DNA of 64,000 bases from Minisyncoccota bacterium. Its GTDB lineage: Bacteria > Patescibacteriota > Minisyncoccia > Minisyncoccales > Minisyncoccaceae. Positions 1 to 12,581 of this stretch are shown in pieces. The number at the start of each line of letters is the position of its first letter. Within the stretch, counting starts at the first letter, position 1. The notes beneath the pieces were generated by a model that saw nothing but the letters and a program-made list of their open reading frames with translations, had not been told where the DNA came from and did not search any database. The DNA lies in NCBI GenBank assembly GCA_041651955.1, contig JBAZIG010000001.1, forward strand, positions 9,594 through 73,593, written 5' to 3'. The translations under genes and the position numbers were made by a program.

Positions 1-360
1 AAGATTAAGCAACTTTTAATGAAACAGGAATTTATTGTTGGGATAGGAAACATATATGCTTCCGAAATACTTTTTTTATCAAAAATTCATCCCGAGGAAG
101 AAGTTAGCAAATTAGGAGAAGAAGATTTTAAAAATATCTTTAAAAATATGGTTTTTATTTTAAAAGAATCAATTCGCTTAAGAGGAGATAGTTTTTCTGA
201 CTTCAGAACAATTTATGGAGAAAAGGGCGCTTTTCAAAATATAATGAAGGTTTATCAAAAAAATGGTCAGCCATGTTTTAATTGTAATACGAAAATAGAA
301 AGAATTAATTTAGGAGGAAGAGGAACCTTCTTCTGTCCCAATTGTCAAAAAAAGAAATGA
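1..360 (+). CDS. mutM: formamidopyrimidine-DNA glycosylase (Fpg/MutM), C-terminal part; 5' end lies outside the window
   Basis: Frame is open from nt 1. H2TH motif GIGNIYASEILF and C-terminal zinc finger CFNC...CPNC. Confidence 0.8.
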   Translation, partial: KIKQLLMKQEFIVGIGNIYASEILFLSKIHPEEEVSKLGEEDFKNIFKNMVFILKESIRLRGDSFSDFRTIYGEKGAFQNIMKVYQKNGQPCFNCNTKIERINLGGRGTFFCPNCQKKK

Positions 361-1157
361 TAATACTTTTTTTTGGAAAAGATGAATATAGGATAAGAGA
401 AAAAATTAGGGAATTTTCTGAAGCTCATAAAGATAAAAATAAGAGCCAGCCCAGCACGTTAACGAATCCTAATATAGAAGAGATAAGGAGGGAGATGCTT
501 TCTGTTTCAATGTTTAAAGAAAAGAAACTAGTGATTGTTCGCAATTTTTCAGTTAGCGATAATTTTTTGACGCAAGTTGATTTATTTAAAGATTCTCCAA
601 ATATTCTTTTACTTATAAGCGAAAATGATATTAACATTGATTGCAAAAAACAAGAGTTTGATTTGTTAACCAGTCAAGAATTAAAAAAGTGGATACAGCA
701 AAAAGTTGAAAAAATGGGAGGAATTATTAATAACGATTCGCTATCAATGTTGATTGAATATGTTGGGAATGATTTATGGCGAATGGAAAATGAAATTAAA
801 AAACTAGTAAACTATTCTTCCAGTATATTGACAGAAAATGTTAAAAAGTTAGTAAGAGATAGAAATGAAATTAATATCTTTGAAACAATTAGCGCTATTG
901 CTAGAAAGAATAAAAAAGAAGCCCTTCAATCAATAAGGAAACACCTTGATAGGGGCGATGCCCCAATCTATATCCTTGCGATGTTTGCTTTTCAAGTTAG
1001 AAAAATTATTTCAGCAAAAGAAAAAGGAATGTATAATAATTTCACAATGGATGAACTTAAAAATCTTTATGATAAAATTGTTCAACTGGATTACGAAATT
1101 AAAACAGGAAAAACAGACGCAGAGGAATCATTAAATATCTTAATTTGCGGGGTATGA
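357..1157 (+). CDS. holA: DNA polymerase III delta subunit (HolA-like)
   Basis: Delta-subunit-like layout (GKDEY... N-terminus, LWRMENEIKKL, DAPIYILAMFAFQ). I chose the ATG at 357, which forms an ATGA overlap with the mutM stop, rather than the track start at 342. Confidence 0.65.
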   Translation: MIILFFGKDEYRIREKIREFSEAHKDKNKSQPSTLTNPNIEEIRREMLSVSMFKEKKLVIVRNFSVSDNFLTQVDLFKDSPNILLLISENDINIDCKKQEFDLLTSQELKKWIQQKVEKMGGIINNDSLSMLIEYVGNDLWRMENEIKKLVNYSSSILTENVKKLVRDRNEINIFETISAIARKNKKEALQSIRKHLDRGDAPIYILAMFAFQVRKIISAKEKGMYNNFTMDELKNLYDKIVQLDYEIKTGKTDAEESLNILICGV

Positions 1158-1792
1158 AAATTATTTGTTTTGATGTCAACGGAACCATAACAGACCAGAC
1201 GCCTTGGGATCTTTTTGTTTTTGATAATAATGAAATAAAAGAAGCAATCAAAAATATTTTTATTGCCTATAATAATAAAGAAATATCATTAGATGTTCTT
1301 TGGAAAGAGATAACCATAGTCATTCGTAATAATGGTAAATATAATAGAGAATATCTTTTATCTGGACTAGAAAGAATCACCACCCTAAAAGAAGGAACAG
1401 TTGAAATAATGGCCTATTTAAAAGACAAGGGCTATAAAATATATCTTGTTTCTTGTTCTTTAGATATCCATTTAGATTATTTAGTTAAGAAATTAAAATT
1501 AGATGGATTTTATTCGGGAACAGACATTTTTTTTGATGAAAAAGGAGAGATAATTTCTATTATTAATCGTTGCTATGAAAATAAAGAATTCAAAGAAGAA
1601 AAAGTTAAAGAAATAGCGAAAATTAATAATGCATCAGTGGAAGATATTGTTTTTGTTGGTGATGGGAAAAATGATATCGGATCATTTAAAATAACTAAAA
1701 AGGGAATAGCTATGGATAGTCGGGTAGATGAATTAATAAAAGTTTCCTGGAAGAATATAAAAAAACTAGAAGAGATAAAAAATATCATCTAA
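1154..1792 (+). CDS. HAD-superfamily hydrolase (phosphoserine-phosphatase-like)
   Basis: HAD motif I (FDVNGT) and motif IV (VGDGKNDI). ATG at 1154 overlaps the holA stop as ATGA. Confidence 0.7.
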   Translation: MKIICFDVNGTITDQTPWDLFVFDNNEIKEAIKNIFIAYNNKEISLDVLWKEITIVIRNNGKYNREYLLSGLERITTLKEGTVEIMAYLKDKGYKIYLVSCSLDIHLDYLVKKLKLDGFYSGTDIFFDEKGEIISIINRCYENKEFKEEKVKEIAKINNASVEDIVFVGDGKNDIGSFKITKKGIAMDSRVDELIKVSWKNIKKLEEIKNII

Positions 1793-1796
1793 TAAA

Positions 1797-1824
1797 AAAT
1801 AAACCCTTTTGGATTTATTTTTTT
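1797..1824. terminator. possible bidirectional intrinsic terminator between the convergent HAD gene and rpsT
   Basis: AT-rich hairpin 1797-1805 / 1811-1820 (one bulge, 5-nt loop), with a T-run after it on the + strand and an A-run before it. Confidence 0.35.
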
Positions 1825-2081
1825 GTTGCTTTAATTTTTTTCATTATGCGGGATTTTTTTCTTGCCGCTGTATTTTTTTTAATAATCCCTCTTTTGGCTG
1901 CCTTGTCTATTGCCTTATATATTTGAGGCATCATTTTTTCAACTGCCTCTGTATTTTTTGAGACAATCAAAGAGTTGGCTTCTTTCATGAGCTTTTTCAT
2001 TTCTAAAACCCTCTTTTTGTTGATGATTTTCTTTCTTTCACTTTGTTTGGGCCTTCTTTTTGTTGTTTTTGTAATTGGCAT
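1815..2081 (-). CDS. rpsT: 30S ribosomal protein S20
   Basis: 88-aa basic protein. The N-terminal KRRPKQSERKKIINKKR and the AIDKAAKRGIIKKNTAARKKSR motif are typical of S20. Confidence 0.9.
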   Translation of the reverse strand: MPITKTTKRRPKQSERKKIINKKRVLEMKKLMKEANSLIVSKNTEAVEKMMPQIYKAIDKAAKRGIIKKNTAARKKSRIMKKIKATKK

Positions 2082-2093
2082 ATATTATATTGG

Positions 2094-2122
2094 AATATAC
2101 ACTAATTGTTAATTTTTTGCAA
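2094..2122 (-). promoter_or_regulatory. candidate sigma70-type promoter of rpsT
   Basis: On the minus strand: TTGCAA (2122-2117), 17 nt, TATATT (2099-2094), 12 nt, ATG (2081). This leaves a very short leader. Confidence 0.4.
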
Positions 2123-2135
2123 GTTTTGCTATAAT
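2106..2135 (+). promoter_or_regulatory. candidate promoter of ruvA (leaderless geometry)
   Basis: TTGTTA (2106-2111), 18 nt, extended -10 TGcTATAAT (2127-2135), 6 nt, ATG 2142. Confidence 0.5.
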
Positions 2136-2141
2136 TAAATT

Positions 2142-2669
2142 ATGATAAGCTATATCAAGGGAAAAATTATATATATTGATGATAAAAAAGTAATTATTGA
2201 GAACTCGGGAATTGGTTTTGATGTATTTTTAAACAGTCAAGATTTAAAAACTCTTAATTTAGGAAAAGAAGCAGAAGTTTTTACAGAATTATTTTTGAAA
2301 GACAAGGAGATTGAACTTTATGGTTTTTTGACTAGCAAAAAACTTAATCTTTTTAAATTATTAAAAAGTATTTCTGGAATTGGACCTAAGAGCGCATTAG
2401 ATCTTTCCTTCGTTGACTCAATAGAAGAACTAAAGATCTTAATTGAAAAAGGAGAAGTGAAGGGCATTGGAGCAAAAAAACTTCAAAAGATATTATTAGA
2501 AATAACAGGAAAAATTAAAACAATTAATAAAAAAACAGAAGACGAGGCCTTAAGCGGATTAATTGCATTAGGGTTCAAGAAAACTCAGGCACAAGAAGCC
2601 CTTAAAAACGTTTCTAAGGAAATAGAGGACACGGAACAAAGGATTAAAGAAGCATTAAAATTATTATGA
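2142..2669 (+). CDS. ruvA: Holliday junction branch-migration complex subunit RuvA
   Basis: N-terminal ISYIKGKI...GIGFDVF OB domain, HhH motif (GIGPKSA) and a C-terminal domain III. Confidence 0.9.
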   Translation: MISYIKGKIIYIDDKKVIIENSGIGFDVFLNSQDLKTLNLGKEAEVFTELFLKDKEIELYGFLTSKKLNLFKLLKSISGIGPKSALDLSFVDSIEELKILIEKGEVKGIGAKKLQKILLEITGKIKTINKKTEDEALSGLIALGFKKTQAQEALKNVSKEIEDTEQRIKEALKLL

Positions 2670-3862
2670 GAAAATATATTCCTAATTTTATAATAAGCGC
2701 ATATCATTTTGTATTGTCTTTTGTGGGTGCTCTCTTTTATGGTTTTCCCGGAAAGAAACTAAAGGTCATAGGGATTACGGGAACGAATGGAAAATCAACA
2801 GTTGCAAGTATTGCTTATCAGATATTAAAAGAAGCGGGACATAAAGTTGCTTTATCTTCTTCAATTGTTTTTAAAATTGGTGAAGAAGAAGAAGAAAATA
2901 AAATGAAAATGACTATGCCCGGGAGATTTACCCTCCAAAGATTTTTAAAGAAATCGCTTAATGAAAAATGTAGTTATGTGATAATTGAAGTAACCTCCGA
3001 GGGAATTAAACAGCATCGTCATCGTTTTATTAATTTTGATGTTGTTGCTTTCACTAATTTAACCCCTGAACATATTGAGGCCCACAAAGGGTTTGATAAT
3101 TATAAAAAAGCAAAAGGAGAATTATTTAATTCTTGTAAAAATATACATATAATTAATGGTGATGATGATCATAAGGATTATTTTATGAGCTTTCCTGCCA
3201 AAAAAATTATTACTTATGGAATAAACAAGGGAGATGTTTTGGCTGAAGATATTAATCTTTCTGCTAAGGGCTCCACTTTTAAGGTCAATCAAGAATTATT
3301 TAATTTAAAATTGCTTTGTGAGTTTAACGTATATAATGCACTAGCAGCTATATCAATAGGATTATCGGAGGGAATTCCACTAGAGGTTTGTAGCAGGGGA
3401 ATATCTAAGGTTGAACAAATTGCTGGAAGAATGGAAGAAGTAGTAGAAAATATCTTCGTTGACTACGCCTTTACTCCTAATGCGTTAGAGAAGGTTTATA
3501 AATTTTTAAAACCAAAAGAAGGCAAATTAATTTGCGTTTTGGGTTCTTGTGGAGGAGGACGAGACAAATGGAAAAGACCAGTCTTGGGGAAAATAGCTGA
3601 TAATTATGGAGACGTAGTAATTGTTACTAATGAAGATCCATATGATGAGGACCCGCTAGAGATAATTGATCAAGTTAGCGAGGGATCTTCTAAATCAAAA
3701 AAAATTATTGACAGAAGGGAAGCAATTCAAAAAGCGATTAAACTAAAAGGAGATAAAGATGTTGTTGTTATTACGGGAAAAGGATGTGAACCGTGGATAT
3801 GCGTTGCTAATGGCAAAAAGATACCATGGGATGATAGAAAAATAGTCAAAGAAAGTTTATAA
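2666..3862 (+). CDS. Mur ligase family protein, MurE-like, lacking the usual N-terminal UDP-MurNAc-binding domain
   Basis: P-loop GITGTNGKST about 35 aa from the N-terminus, preceded by a hydrophobic segment. MurE-like DYAFTPNALEKV, TNEDPYDEDP and ITGKGCEPW motifs. Confidence 0.7.
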   Translation: MRKYIPNFIISAYHFVLSFVGALFYGFPGKKLKVIGITGTNGKSTVASIAYQILKEAGHKVALSSSIVFKIGEEEEENKMKMTMPGRFTLQRFLKKSLNEKCSYVIIEVTSEGIKQHRHRFINFDVVAFTNLTPEHIEAHKGFDNYKKAKGELFNSCKNIHIINGDDDHKDYFMSFPAKKIITYGINKGDVLAEDINLSAKGSTFKVNQELFNLKLLCEFNVYNALAAISIGLSEGIPLEVCSRGISKVEQIAGRMEEVVENIFVDYAFTPNALEKVYKFLKPKEGKLICVLGSCGGGRDKWKRPVLGKIADNYGDVVIVTNEDPYDEDPLEIIDQVSEGSSKSKKIIDRREAIQKAIKLKGDKDVVVITGKGCEPWICVANGKKIPWDDRKIVKESL

Positions 3863-4013
3863 TATAATAAAAAATAAAAACAATAAATAATAACATGAGA
3901 AAAAACAATATCATAATCTTTTCTCTTGTATAAAAAATTAATTTGATATCGGAAAATAAAATAATTAAAAATTTATAGAACAAATTTAACTATTTAAGAT
4001 TTTCTAGATTTTC

Positions 4014-4041
4014 TTGACAGTTCCTTGTTTATAGGTAGAAT
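4014..4041 (+). promoter_or_regulatory. candidate promoter of the atp operon
   Basis: Consensus TTGACA (4014-4019), 16 nt, TAGAAT (4036-4041), 11 nt, ATG 4053. Confidence 0.55.
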
Positions 4042-4052
4042 AAAGATGTCCT

Positions 4053-4760
4053 ATGGAAATACATACTCCTCAGTTATTCGGGGAAACATTTTTCAGTTTT
4101 TTGGGAATTGATTTTACTAATACTTTTATATTAGCGATATTTTGCGCACTTCTGTTTATGGCGCTTTTTTTAATTGGATTAAGAAAGAGAGAAATTGTTC
4201 CTGGAAAGACGCAGAACTTTTTTGAATTTATTTTAGAATCATTACTTGGATTATTTGATGGAATGATAGGAGATAAGAAAAAATCAGAAGAAATTTTTCC
4301 TTTAGTAGCAACTTTGTTCATTTTCATTTTGCTTAATAATTTAATAGAAATACTTCCTGGGGTGGGAGTATTTTCTTTTTTGAGAGCACCTAGTTCTGAT
4401 TTGCACTTTACATTAGCTCTTGCACTTTTCTCAATGGGATTTGTGCACTTTACCGCGATAAAAAAATTAGGGGGAATAAAATACATTAAAAAGTTTATTA
4501 TCCTAGAAAGTCCAATTATGTTTTTTGTAGGATTATTAGAGGGATTAAGTGAGATAACAAAAACAGCATCATTAGGAATTAGGTTGTTTGGTAATCTTTT
4601 TGCTGGAGAGATATTGTTAATGATTGTTACTGTTATGCTTCCCGTTTTTCTTCCTTTACCATTTTTAGGATTAGAAATTTTTGTAGGATTAATTCAGGCA
4701 TTAGTTTTTTCATCATTAATTGCAGTTTTTTATGTCTTCACAACAGCCGAACAACATTAA
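4053..4760 (+). CDS. atpB: F0F1 ATP synthase subunit a
   Basis: Polytopic membrane protein with the conserved LGIRLFGNLFAGE motif. Confidence 0.9.
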   Translation: MEIHTPQLFGETFFSFLGIDFTNTFILAIFCALLFMALFLIGLRKREIVPGKTQNFFEFILESLLGLFDGMIGDKKKSEEIFPLVATLFIFILLNNLIEILPGVGVFSFLRAPSSDLHFTLALALFSMGFVHFTAIKKLGGIKYIKKFIILESPIMFFVGLLEGLSEITKTASLGIRLFGNLFAGEILLMIVTVMLPVFLPLPFLGLEIFVGLIQALVFSSLIAVFYVFTTAEQH

Positions 4761-4764
4761 GGGA

Positions 4765-4977
4765 ATGGGATACGTTTTGGGAATGGGAGCTGGATTAGGT
4801 TTTGTTTTAGCTCTACCTTTAGCAGCATGTATATTTTTGGGAGCATTAGCAGATAGCAAATTAGAAACAAAGCCAGTAATTCTTGTAATATCAGTTTTAA
4901 TTGGAATAGTTCTTACGATATTAAACTTATATAAAATAATAATTCCGTTTTTGGAAAAAAGGTCGAAAAAAAGATAA
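4765..4977 (+). CDS. AtpZ/AtpI-like small membrane protein
   Basis: Two-helix 70-aa protein with an AtpZ-like LGALADSKLETKP pattern. The start is moved to the ATG at 4765, just after the atpB stop. Confidence 0.5.
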   Translation: MGYVLGMGAGLGFVLALPLAACIFLGALADSKLETKPVILVISVLIGIVLTILNLYKIIIPFLEKRSKKR

Positions 4978-5004
4978 AAACAAAATATAATAAATAATAA
5001 TTAA

Positions 5005-5241
<237 letters not shown>

Positions 5242-5252
5242 TAAATTAAATA

Positions 5253-5741
5253 ATGAGTGGACTAGAAGTAGATTGGAAAATATTAATAGGACAGATAGTT
5301 AATTTCACTATTCTATTTTTTGTTTTGAAGTTTTTATTATACAAACCATTTTTGAATTTGTTAAAAACAAGAAGAGAAAAAATAGAAGAAGGAATTAAAA
5401 AATCAATAGAAGCCGAGGAGAAGTTGGGAGAATTAAGATTGACTAAGGAAAAAATAGAGAAAGAGGGAGAGGAAAAGAAAAAAACAGTCCTGCTTAATGC
5501 TCAAGAAGAAGCAAAAAAAAGAAGCGAGGAAATTGCTAAAAAAGCAGAAGACGAAAGGCAAGATCTTTTAATTAAAGCAAAAAAAGAAGCAGAAGAAATA
5601 AAAGAAAAGGAGAAAGAGGAAACTAAAAAAAGGACAATAGAAAATGCTTTTCTTCTTGCAGAAAATCTTCTTCAAGAAAATATTGATGAAAAGAAGGGTA
5701 AAGAAATTACAGAAAAGTTTTTAAGTAAGATTAAGGCATGA
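5253..5741 (+). CDS. atpF: F0F1 ATP synthase subunit b
   Basis: N-terminal TM helix followed by a long K/E-rich coiled coil. The position in the operon also fits. Confidence 0.85.
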   Translation: MSGLEVDWKILIGQIVNFTILFFVLKFLLYKPFLNLLKTRREKIEEGIKKSIEAEEKLGELRLTKEKIEKEGEEKKKTVLLNAQEEAKKRSEEIAKKAEDERQDLLIKAKKEAEEIKEKEKEETKKRTIENAFLLAENLLQENIDEKKGKEITEKFLSKIKA

Positions 5742-6121
5742 AAACCGAGAAAGTAATATCTTATTGGGCAAGAGCTCTTTATATCTCTCTAGAAAAAACC
5801 CCAGAAAATTATGAGGCGATTTTTAACAATCTTAAATTATCGCTAGGGAAAAGAATAAATTATTTACCAGTGATTATAAAAAAATTACAGATGATATATA
5901 ATAAGGAAAAAAAAGCAAAATTATATATCTCTCATGATTTTGAAAGAATAGAAATCGTTAAGAAAATAAAAGAGAAAATAAGTGGGATAGAAACATTTGA
6001 AGAAGAAATAGATAAAAATCTCTTGGCAGGTTTTCGCTTAAAAACAAAAGATATTTTAATTAAAGCATCGTTAAGAGATACTTTAATTAAATTAAAAAAC
6101 AAAATATATGGACATAATTGA
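5738..6121 (+). CDS. atpH: F0F1 ATP synthase subunit delta (short, 127 aa)
   Basis: Operon position between b and alpha. The C-terminal LAGFRLKTKDILIKASL resembles the OSCP/delta C-terminus. Confidence 0.65.
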   Translation: MKTEKVISYWARALYISLEKTPENYEAIFNNLKLSLGKRINYLPVIIKKLQMIYNKEKKAKLYISHDFERIEIVKKIKEKISGIETFEEEIDKNLLAGFRLKTKDILIKASLRDTLIKLKNKIYGHN

Positions 6122-7599
6122 ACAATTTAAAAAACAACTTGAAGGGATAGATATATCGCCCGAAATTGAAGAAGTGGGAGAGGTTGTTGAGATAAAAGAT
6201 GGTGTTGCTAGAATATCAGGACTAAGGGGCGTGGAAAATTTTGAAATGGTTGAGTTTGACGAGGCAGGGGTTGAGGGTCTTGTTTTAAACCTTGAAGAAT
6301 ATGAAGTCGGAGCAATTATTTTAGGCAACGATAAAAAAGTAAAAGAAGGAACAACAGTAAAAAGGACAAAAAAGGTTTTCTCCGTGCCGGTGGGCGAGAA
6401 TCTTTTAGGTCGTGTTGTTGATCCTTTGGGAAGACCTCTTGATGGTAAGGGAGAAATTAAATCAACCCAAAATTATCCAATAGAAAGAAAGGGGCCATCA
6501 GTTATTGAAAGACAGCCGGTTGGAAAGCCATTACATACAGGAATTAAAATGGTTGATGCCTTAATTCCTATTGGCAGAGGACAAAGAGAATTAATTATTG
6601 GAGATAGAGGATTGGGAAAAACAGCTGTTGCACTAGACGCAATAATTAATCAAAAAAATGAAAAGAATAGGCCCAAATGTATATATGTTGCTTGTGGGCA
6701 AAAGAAAAGTAAAATTAAAAGAATAATTGCCACACTAGAAAAAGCAGGAGCAATGGAATACACAACAGTTGTTTGTGCTTTTCCAGATGACCCAGCAGGA
6801 TTTGTTTATTTGGCACCATTTGCAGGATCATCTATAGGAGAGTATTTTAGGGACAACAAGCAAGATGCCTTAGTTGTATATGATGACTTAACTAGGCAGG
6901 CATGGGCATGGAGAGAAATATCTTTGATTTTAAGACGTCCACCAGGAAGAGAAGCATATCCAGGAGATGTATTCTTTTTACACTCAAGATTATTGGAAAG
7001 AGCAGCGATGCTTTCTGATGAAATGGGCGGGGGGTCATTAACTGCCTTGCCAATTATTGAAACACAAGCAGGAGATATTTCAGGATATATTCCTACAAAT
7101 GTTATTTCCATTACAGATGGACAAATCTTTTTGGATGCAACCTTATTCAAAAAAGAACAAAAGCCAGCCATTAATGTGGGAACATCTGTTTCAAGAGTTG
7201 GATCATCAGCTCAAATTAAAGCAACAAAAAAAGTTGCTGGAAGATTGAAGCTTGATTTAGCTCAATTCCAAGAACTAGAAAGGTTCTCTGAATTTACCGA
7301 AGAACTTGATCCTCAAACAAAAAAGACAATTGAAAAAGGAAAAAGAATGACACTTCTTTTAAGGCAAAATGATTTAGAACCAATGCCAATTGAAAAAGAA
7401 GTTATCGTTATTTTCACCGGAGTAAATAGCGATATTGAAGAAGTGGCAATTAATAAGATTAAGGAATTTGAAAAAGACGTTTTGAGTGCGGTTGAATTAG
7501 AAAAACCAGAGATATTAAAGGAGATAAGGGAAACGGGCGATATGTCTGATAAAAACAAAGAAATGCTTTTGGAAATAATTAAAAAAGTTAAGTTAAATT

Positions 7600-7610
<11 letters not shown>
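6108..7610 (+). CDS. atpA: F0F1 ATP synthase subunit alpha
   Basis: Walker A GDRGLGKT and highly conserved alpha-subunit blocks (REAYPGDVFFLHSRLLERAA). Confidence 0.95.
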
Positions 7611-10098
<2,488 letters not shown>

Positions 10099-10115
10099 TG
10101 GCTCTTTTTAATTAT

Positions 10116-10144
10116 TAGACAATTTTCTTTTTTTAAAGTAATAT
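10116..10144 (+). promoter_or_regulatory. candidate promoter of the NIF3-family gene (leaderless geometry)
   Basis: TAGACA (10116-10121), 17 nt, TAATAT (10139-10144), 6 nt, ATG 10151. Confidence 0.45.
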
Positions 10145-10150
10145 ATTGTT

Positions 10151-11092
10151 ATGAAAATAAAAGAAATTTTTGATTTAGCAATAAAGATGGGAATAGAGTC
10201 AGACCTTAGGGGCCCTATAATGGTAGAGAAGTTTTTGGATAGAAAAAAGAAAAAATACAATGCTTTAAGTAATGAAAAAAAAGAAGAGTTTGATATTGAA
10301 TCATTAACTAATCCATATTTGGATTCTAGAATCCATAATATATCAGAAGATAAAGAAATTAAAAAGATATTGTCTGGTATTGATACCGATACAGCAGAAT
10401 TGTTATTGGCAAAGCAGTTAGGAGTTGATTTAATTATTAGCCATCACCCTGTTGGCAAGGGATTATCTTGTTTGGGCGATGTTATGGAAATGCAGGCGGA
10501 TATTTATAATCAATACGGCGTGCCAATCAATGTTGCCGAAGCACTAAATAATCCTAGGATTGCCGAAGTTGCAAGAAGTGTTTCTTTTTCTAATCATCAA
10601 AAAAGTGTTGATTCATCAAAAATTATAGGAGTTAATTTTATAAACATTCATACCCCAGCAGATAATTTAGCGGCAAGATTTCTAAAAGATTTAATTGAAA
10701 GCAAAGAGTTAGAAACAGTTGAAGAATTGATTGATTTAATTAAAAAAATTCCTGAATATAAAGAAGCAATTAAAAATGGATCTGGTCCCAAGGCAATTAC
10801 AGGAAACCTTAATAATAGGTGTGGCAAAATTGCAATTACAGAAATTACAGGAGGAACAGAGGGTTCATCAAAATTAATGGAAGCGCTTTCTCAAGCAGGA
10901 ATTGGAACTGTTGTCGCTATGCATGCATCAGAAGACCATAGGAAAAAGGCAGAAGCTGCTCATATTAATATCGTAATTGCTGGACACATTTCTTCTGATT
11001 CTTTGGGGATGAATTTATTTTTAGACGAATTAGAGAAAAGAGGCATAGAAGTTATTCCTTTTAGTGGATTAACTAGATTTAAAAGGTTTTAA
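10151..11092 (+). CDS. Nif3-like dinuclear metal center protein (YbgI/YqfO family)
   Basis: Characteristic DLIISHHP motif and C-terminal AGHISSD metal-binding block. Confidence 0.85.
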   Translation: MKIKEIFDLAIKMGIESDLRGPIMVEKFLDRKKKKYNALSNEKKEEFDIESLTNPYLDSRIHNISEDKEIKKILSGIDTDTAELLLAKQLGVDLIISHHPVGKGLSCLGDVMEMQADIYNQYGVPINVAEALNNPRIAEVARSVSFSNHQKSVDSSKIIGVNFINIHTPADNLAARFLKDLIESKELETVEELIDLIKKIPEYKEAIKNGSGPKAITGNLNNRCGKIAITEITGGTEGSSKLMEALSQAGIGTVVAMHASEDHRKKAEAAHINIVIAGHISSDSLGMNLFLDELEKRGIEVIPFSGLTRFKRF

Positions 11093-12581
11093 CCATGTAG
11101 GTTTTAGAAAGTCGGTATCCTAATTTTTTTCTATAATAATCTCTTACTCCCACTCCTGAAATAATAGCAATTTTTCTTTTGTTTGCTATTTTTTCTGCTT
11201 CTCTAACCATTAACATTCCTAGGCCCTTGTGTTGAGACCCCTTTTTTGCTATTGGCGTTGCTTGACCATAAACATGAACTTCTCTAATTAGGGCTGTATT
11301 GCTATTATTGATTCTTAATCTTAATATAGAATATATATTTTTTCTGTTTTTATCTTCAAAACTTAAAAAAACTTCTTTACCATTTGAGGCCTCGTAGTCC
11401 TCCCTAAAAAGAAAAACTTCTTCATTTTTGATGTCTTTGATTTCTCTACATCTAATGCATTTGCATATTTTTTGTAAATCAATGAACTGTCTTAGGTTTG
11501 ATGATTTGGCTCCTCCCTCAACAATAAGTTGTGATGGGATGTCTCTAATAATTCTCTCAATTCTAACATAAATTGGAACATATTTTTTAATTTCATTAAT
11601 TGTTTTAATTAGAACATCTCTTGTATATGGCTTATATTTTCCTTTAAGATAAAGATTATATAGTGGAGCTTCTTTTACTAAAGCACATGGGTATATTTTT
11701 AAATAATCGGGCTTAAAATTAGGATTATTAAATAATTCTTTAAACATTTCAATGTCTCGTTTGGGATTTGAACCTGGGAGATTTAGCATCATTTGATAAG
11801 CAACTTTAAAACCAGCATTTTTAAGTAATTTCGTTGCTTCTATTGTTTCTTTGATTCCATGACCTCTTTTATTAAGTTCTAAAACATCATCATATAGTGA
11901 TTGAACGCCTAACTCTATTTTTGTAGCCCCCAACAGAAGTATTTCTTCTATTTCTTTTTGGTTAATAAAATCGGGCCTTGTTTCAAAAGACATTCCTATA
12001 ATTCTGTGTTTTGCTTTTTCATTTCTTTTTTGAGCTAATTTTAGTGTTTTGTCTTTTTTATCATTACAGGCCTCAAAACATTTTTTAACAAACCATTCTT
12101 TATATTTTTTGGTATAACTAGACCAGTTTCCTCCGATTAAACGAATTTCTATTTTATCAGTTGGATGGCCTCCTAACTCTAATGATTCAATACGATTTTT
12201 AACTTGTAAATAAGGATCATATTTTAATTTTTTAGCTCTTTCTACTGCTGGTTCGCCTGACAAGTAACTTTTAGGTATGTTTGTTTCTTTGGGGCAATAA
12301 ATACACTTTCCAGGGCAATCATATGGTTTAGTTAATACAGAAACGTTAACAACTCCCGATAGGGACCTTACGGGTCTAGTAACTAATAGTTTCTCAATGG
12401 TGTTATTTTTTTTAATTCTTTTTTTATTAACCAAACTATGATATTCTCTAAGCAGATCAATATTGCTTGGACAATTAATTTTATTTTCTTTGGCAAATTT
12501 TCTTTTAACAGAAGACAACTCCCTAGAAGAAGTGATATTTTTTTCTAAAATATAATTAATTATTAATTCATTATAATTCAT
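11079..12581 (-). CDS. elp3: Elp3-type radical SAM / GNAT acetyltransferase (tRNA U34 cm5-forming enzyme family)
   Basis: Radical SAM cluster motif CPGKCIYCP. Elp3 signature KYDPYLQVKNRIESLELGGHPTDKIEIRLIGGNW. C-terminal GNAT block QHKGLGMLMVREAEKIA. Confidence 0.85.
   Translation of the reverse strand: MNYNELIINYILEKNITSSRELSSVKRKFAKENKINCPSNIDLLREYHSLVNKKRIKKNNTIEKLLVTRPVRSLSGVVNVSVLTKPYDCPGKCIYCPKETNIPKSYLSGEPAVERAKKLKYDPYLQVKNRIESLELGGHPTDKIEIRLIGGNWSSYTKKYKEWFVKKCFEACNDKKDKTLKLAQKRNEKAKHRIIGMSFETRPDFINQKEIEEILLLGATKIELGVQSLYDDVLELNKRGHGIKETIEATKLLKNAGFKVAYQMMLNLPGSNPKRDIEMFKELFNNPNFKPDYLKIYPCALVKEAPLYNLYLKGKYKPYTRDVLIKTINEIKKYVPIYVRIERIIRDIPSQLIVEGGAKSSNLRQFIDLQKICKCIRCREIKDIKNEEVFLFREDYEASNGKEVFLSFEDKNRKNIYSILRLRINNSNTALIREVHVYGQATPIAKKGSQHKGLGMLMVREAEKIANKRKIAIISGVGVRDYYRKKLGYRLSKTYMVKTF

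Noticed and set aside
3863-4013. A 150-nt AT-rich spacer between the Mur ligase gene and the atp promoter, checked for an sRNA, riboswitch or small ORF.
   Set aside because: It contains only a 12-codon ORF (ATG at 3896) with no start signals. There is no stable helix and no GC-rich core. It is more likely an UP-element-like or spacer region.
4070-4486. Long antisense shadow ORFs inside conserved genes. This one lies in atpB. Others are at 6806-7171 in atpA, 18981-19430 in polX, 35388-35828 in metG, 51239-51643 in hisS, 43347-43661 in korB/yvcK and 60565-60882 in the GT gene.
   Set aside because: Each is fully contained in a well-supported gene on the other strand. Each has the Ser/Leu/Phe/Ile-rich composition expected from reading K/E/N-rich AT-rich genes backwards. 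None has a promoter or coupling context.
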